37,598 nucleotides of DNA from assembly GCA_036338595.1 (NCBI GenBank), contig JAYZBV010000104.1, positions 1 to 37,598 of the forward strand, written 5' to 3'. The notes under the pieces are model-generated. The model did not search any database. It had not been told where the DNA came from and saw only the letters and a list, made by a program, of their open reading frames with translations. Positions 34,079 to 37,598 of the stretch are shown here, piece after piece; the first letter of the stretch is position 1, and every line of letters starts with the position of its first letter. Both the position numbers and the translations under genes were made by a program. The stretch is from Planctomycetota bacterium (lineage in GTDB: Bacteria; Planctomycetota; UBA8108; UBA1146).

Positions 34079-34857
34079 CTCTCACCTATCACGACTATCT
34101 GAAGATCGAGGATCTGCTCGATATCCAGGTGCCGCGTAGCGATCCACCCGAGCATGATGAAACGCTGTTCATCATCATCCATCAGACATACGAACTCTGG
34201 TTCAAGCAGTTCCTGCACGAGATGGATCGAACAGAACAGTTGATGGCTTCCGATGATCTGTGGGGTTGCATCGCGACGCTCAAGCGGATGCGGATGGTGA
34301 TGAAGACGCTGGTGCAGCAGGTCGACATCCTGGAGACGATGACACCCCTCTCCTTCGTTTCATTTCGAGACAGGCTCGATACCGCCAGCGGATTCCAATC
34401 GATGCAATTCAGGATTCTCGAGTTCAGACTGGGCCACAAGAGAGCAGGCTTGCTCGATGCGATCGAGGCGGGGGTGCCGCTTCGGGACAAGGTTCAGGAA
34501 GCGTTCGACGCACCGACGCTTCAGGATGCATTTCACGGTTTTCTATCGCGTATGGGATGTCAGATCCCCGATGAAGTGCTCGCTAGAGATGTGACCCGGC
34601 CGATCGCCGCCAACGATGCGGTGCAGGAAGAACTGCTGCGTGTTTATCAGCAGCAACCGGATGTCACCGTCCTGCTGGAACTCCTCACCGACATCGATGA
34701 GGGATTGCAGGAGTGGCGATACCGCCACGTGAAACTGGCGGAACGCACCATCGGTTCCAAGATCGGCACAGGTGGTAGCGATGGTGTCGAGTTCCTCAAG
34801 AAGTCCCTGTTTCGACCGATGTTCCCCGACCTGTGGGCGATCCGTTCCAGGATGTGA
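34075..34857 (+). CDS. kynA: Tryptophan 2,3-dioxygenase
   Basis: TYHDYLKIEDLL, HDETLFIIIHQTYELWFKQ, LETMTP, ASGFQSMQFR, WRYRHVKLAERTIG.K.GTGGS.G and FPDLWAIRS. ATGA overlap with kmo. Confidence 0.96.
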   Translation: MTLTYHDYLKIEDLLDIQVPRSDPPEHDETLFIIIHQTYELWFKQFLHEMDRTEQLMASDDLWGCIATLKRMRMVMKTLVQQVDILETMTPLSFVSFRDRLDTASGFQSMQFRILEFRLGHKRAGLLDAIEAGVPLRDKVQEAFDAPTLQDAFHGFLSRMGCQIPDEVLARDVTRPIAANDAVQEELLRVYQQQPDVTVLLELLTDIDEGLQEWRYRHVKLAERTIGSKIGTGGSDGVEFLKKSLFRPMFPDLWAIRSRM

Positions 34858-34865
34858 GGCGAGTG

Positions 34866-35492
34866 GTGAGCCTGATCGACATCTCTCCTGCATTATCGCC
34901 TTCGATCGCGGTTTTTCCGGGTGATTCTCCGCTGACCCGTGAAGTGCTGCTCGATCTCAGAAACGATGACAACCTGACGCTGTCGACGCTTCGTTCGACG
35001 GTTCACATCGGCAGCCATCTCGATGCCCCCAGTCACTACGACCGCGATGGAGCGACCATCGACCAGGTCGACCTGCAGCGGTGCATCGGTCCGTGCGAAC
35101 TGATGAAGATCGATGTCGAGAAGGGAGGTCAGATCGGGATCGATGACCTGCCTCGCAAACCGAGCAGTGAACGATTGCTGCTGGCGACCGGTACACACCC
35201 CGATCCACAGCACTGGGGTGGAGATTTTGCCGGCGTGCGGCCTGAACTGATCGAACAGCTGGCGAGCCAGGGAGTTCGCCTGCTCGGCATCGATACTCCC
35301 AGTGTCGATGTGGCCGATTCGAAGCAGTTGCCGTCTCACGATGCCTGTCGCCGTCACGATGTGCTGATCCTCGAGGGTCTGGTGCTCGATGAGGTGGACG
35401 ATGGCCACTACGAGTTGATCGCCTTGCCGCTCAAACTGACCGGCTTCGACGCCTCTCCGGTGCGCGCGGTATTGCGGAGCCTGGATCGTTGA
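34866..35492 (+). CDS. kynB: Kynurenine formamidase (arylformamidase, cyclase family)
   Basis: LIDISP...VFPGD, HIGSHLDAPSHY (HxGxHxDAPxH), GIDTPSVD, ILEGL and YELIALPLKL..FDASPVRAVLR; operon context. Confidence 0.93.
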   Translation: MSLIDISPALSPSIAVFPGDSPLTREVLLDLRNDDNLTLSTLRSTVHIGSHLDAPSHYDRDGATIDQVDLQRCIGPCELMKIDVEKGGQIGIDDLPRKPSSERLLLATGTHPDPQHWGGDFAGVRPELIEQLASQGVRLLGIDTPSVDVADSKQLPSHDACRRHDVLILEGLVLDEVDDGHYELIALPLKLTGFDASPVRAVLRSLDR

Positions 35493-35788
35493 GGCTGAAG
35501 GCGATCGGTATCATCGACTCGCTGCTGTGTGCGTTGATTCCGTTGTTGCTGCTTTTCGAGATGCTGGTTCTGGCAGCACTGTCGCTCTCTACCGAGGAAC
35601 TACCTGCACCGCCGTGGGCGTGGCCGGCGATGATCAGCTGTGGGTTACTGGCGATGCTCTTCACCGGCTGGCAGATGCTGGGTTCCGAGCAACGCTCCAC
35701 GTCCACGAGGGTGCTGGCGCTACTCGCCCTGGTGGCCCTCGTCACGCTGATCGGCACTCTCGGCTTCTTTGATCGTCTCTTACGGTGA
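35489..35788 (+). CDS. Small membrane protein (99 aa, about 3 TM helices), unknown function
   Basis: Three hydrophobic stretches. Its TTG start overlaps the kynB stop (TTGA). Confidence 0.65.
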   Translation: MRLKAIGIIDSLLCALIPLLLLFEMLVLAALSLSTEELPAPPWAWPAMISCGLLAMLFTGWQMLGSEQRSTSTRVLALLALVALVTLIGTLGFFDRLLR

Positions 35789-35823
35789 TGGGCACACGTG
35801 ATGGGGCCACGTGATGGGGCCAC
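35785..35823. repeat. 13-bp tandem repeat x3 (GTGATGGGGCCAC consensus) at a convergent gene junction
   Basis: GTGATGGGCACAC (35785-35797), GTGATGGGGCCAC (35798-35810) and GTGATGGGGCCAC (35811-35823). Confidence 0.85.
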
Positions 35824-35837
35824 AGCGGCACGCGAAA

Positions 35838-37598
35838 CTACGGCAGGCGTAGTCGTGTCGACTGTTGCGGTGCGATGAAGATGGTGGCGGTCGACGGACC
35901 GCTGTCTAGTTGAGTACTGATCTCGTACTCGCCCGGTGCCAGGGTCACGCGGCAGGAACCGCGCGGTCCCGTCGCTCGATGGGTCCAGGCGCTCGGGAGG
36001 TCAGGGGCCGACAGCGGTTCGATGGTGAAGGGGTGATCGGCGAGCACCTCGCCGTCGAGTCCGACCAGCGTCACCGTCACCTCGCCCCCCGGTTGCAGCA
36101 GCGCCTCGACGGGAATCGGGTGGTCGACCGGTCCGGTGGTGAAGAAGAAGGGCGTCCAGCCGCGCTGGTACACGACGCCCAGTCCGCCCTGCCTGGGCCA
36201 CCAGAACTCATCCGAGTTCTCGGTTCTCTTCAGTGGTGACAGCGATCCATCCTCGGCGATGCGATAGACCGGTGCGCTCGCCTCTTCCGGGCGAGAGTAC
36301 TCATCTGCGGCCTTGCTGACCTGGATGAGAAGTCGGTTGGCGCCATGAAACTGGAACTGCTCCGAAGTGGCACCAGAGACCTCGAACTGCGCTCGTGGTG
36401 CGAAGACGCCTTCCGGTTGATGCAGGAACACCCACCGATATTGACCGTACGGGATCTCCTCGATGCTGAAACGTCCCGTCTCGTCGGTGGTGAAGGAGAA
36501 GGGGCGAGGCCCGAAGAGGCTGCCCTGCATTCCGACCATCGGCTCGCCTCCAGGACCGACGACCCGCCCCTCGAGGGATCCGGTGCGCAACTCGATGACG
36601 ATCTCGGCATCGGCACTGAGTTCCATCTCGAGAGAGGTGCCTTCGCCATTGGCCAGCGGAGAGCTCCAGATGAAGCGCCAGCTGCCGGGGCCGGGGAGTC
36701 TCGTCTCGAAGCGACCATCTACGGCGACCGGGATCGAGGAGGAAGCTTGCGTCTGGCGACACCAGGTCTGGACGGTTCCGCCTTCGACCGGGATTCCATT
36801 TCGCAGTACTTCACCGAAGATCTGGATCGATGGTCCCAGCTGGAACACGACCTCGCGCTCCTCGCCTTCTCCCACCTCGACCTCGCGCCGTGCGAGCACT
36901 CGAGATCCCGCCCTCAGGCTCACCAGATGCCGACCCGCCAGCAGTCCTCCGATGCGAAGTTCAGAATCGACGAGCGGCTGCGGCGTACGTTTGACAGCGG
37001 CTCCCAGTTCGCGCGCAGTGCGCGACTGCAACATGCGGACCTCGACGAGGGGAGCATCTAAAAGGTCGAGATCGGGTGCCTCGACCGAGACCCACAACAC
37101 ACTCTCGGGAGAGATGGCCAGGAACAGATTCTCGGCGTGAGCGTCGGTGCTCGACTCGGCATCGGGGAGCATATCTGGACCCCATTGCCAGCGACCGGTG
37201 GCATAGCCGATACTTCGAACGGTGATCAGGGCACGGGTGCATTCAGGGATGTCGACGGCGAACTCGCCACCGGCACGAGTACGGGCGTGACCCAGTGGGG
37301 TGGATCCGGCAAGGTTGCGAAACGCAACGGTCGCTCCAGGTACAGGTAATCCGGTCGACACATCGATGACCTGCCCTGCAAAGCGCATCCGTGGCAGATT
37401 GGCCACAACAGGCGGTGGCAATTCGGGACCAGGGCCCGTGAATCCGACATCTTCTGTATCGCCGATGCCGCTGGTGACGCTCGAAGCGCCGCCATCGGGG
37501 GATGGTGCTGGATCTCCAGACATGAAGTAGAAACTCACTGCCAGGATGATCATGCCGACTCCGATGAGGGTCAGCGGGATGACTCTGCCGAGGACCAT
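35838..37598 (-). CDS. Membrane-anchored protein with multiple carboxypeptidase-regulatory-like (prealbumin-like beta-sandwich) domains; start at the window edge, possibly truncated
   Basis: N-terminal TM helix. Repeated GQVIDVSTGLPVPGATV, GEVLRNGIPVEGGTV, GRVVGPGGEPMVG...TTDETGRFSIEEIPYGQY and LAPGEYEI. Confidence 0.75.
   Translation of the reverse strand: MVLGRVIPLTLIGVGMIILAVSFYFMSGDPAPSPDGGASSVTSGIGDTEDVGFTGPGPELPPPVVANLPRMRFAGQVIDVSTGLPVPGATVAFRNLAGSTPLGHARTRAGGEFAVDIPECTRALITVRSIGYATGRWQWGPDMLPDAESSTDAHAENLFLAISPESVLWVSVEAPDLDLLDAPLVEVRMLQSRTARELGAAVKRTPQPLVDSELRIGGLLAGRHLVSLRAGSRVLARREVEVGEGEEREVVFQLGPSIQIFGEVLRNGIPVEGGTVQTWCRQTQASSSIPVAVDGRFETRLPGPGSWRFIWSSPLANGEGTSLEMELSADAEIVIELRTGSLEGRVVGPGGEPMVGMQGSLFGPRPFSFTTDETGRFSIEEIPYGQYRWVFLHQPEGVFAPRAQFEVSGATSEQFQFHGANRLLIQVSKAADEYSRPEEASAPVYRIAEDGSLSPLKRTENSDEFWWPRQGGLGVVYQRGWTPFFFTTGPVDHPIPVEALLQPGGEVTVTLVGLDGEVLADHPFTIEPLSAPDLPSAWTHRATGPRGSCRVTLAPGEYEISTQLDSGPSTATIFIAPQQSTRLRLP

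Noticed and set aside
30323..34862. Long N-terminal extensions of the ORF-track calls for nbaD, kynU, kmo, kynA and kynB (also moxR, batA, moeB), suggesting overlaps or frameshift fusions
   Set aside because: Family homology begins at downstream starts that abut the preceding stop or follow a ribosome-binding site. The extensions are open-frame artefacts of high GC.
20379..35492. Thioquinolobactin/PDTC-like siderophore cluster (rhodanese-MoeB plus kynA, kynB and kmo)
   Set aside because: moeB is more than 8 kb from the operon with unrelated genes between. No sulfur-carrier, JAB protease, CoA-ligase/methyltransferase, kynurenine aminotransferase or TonB receptor is present, and kynU/nbaC route flux away from xanthurenate.
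1538..37530. Numerous 150-300 aa antisense or alternate-frame ORFs (e.g. 1538-2296, 5651-6424, 8549-9439, 16688-17566, 33110-33988)
   Set aside because: They are shadows of well-supported genes on the opposite strand, with no motifs, as expected from GC-rich codon bias.

Overview
A gene-dense, GC-rich (about 60% by eye) bacterial chromosomal segment, most likely from a Planctomycetota genome. This is inferred from the DUF1501 plus PSCyt/PSD1 cytochrome c pair, the RGD-type dockerin proteins and the CxxCH-bearing cyclase-like protein. In order it holds: a 5'-truncated GNAT gene; a 371-bp convergent intergenic region carrying an unexplained same-strand array of ten ATAAGA plus one GTAAGA motifs; a lipoprotein Cu/Zn SOD lacking both disulfide cysteines; an exported QW-repeat (terpene-cyclase/prenyltransferase-fold) protein; an ankyrin protein; an orphan eboE next to a DUF4097-like lipoprotein; a MoxR-DUF58-BatA/VWA operon; a YtoQ-family gene; a 2640-aa TPR/alpha-2-macroglobulin-like protein without a thioester motif; a rhodanese-MoeB fusion; two secreted dockerin-tailed proteins; a DUF1553-DUF1501 pair; a six-gene kynurenine/3-hydroxyanthranilate operon (nbaC-nbaD-kynU-kmo-kynA-kynB) with a coupled small membrane gene; and a membrane-anchored carboxypeptidase-regulatory-like protein. 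I saw no rRNA, tRNA, CRISPR array or mobile element. The best candidate for an undescribed system is the ATAAGA array at 600-890 (a possible protein-sponging ncRNA or multi-site DNA platform). All family calls come from motif recognition by eye, not database searches.
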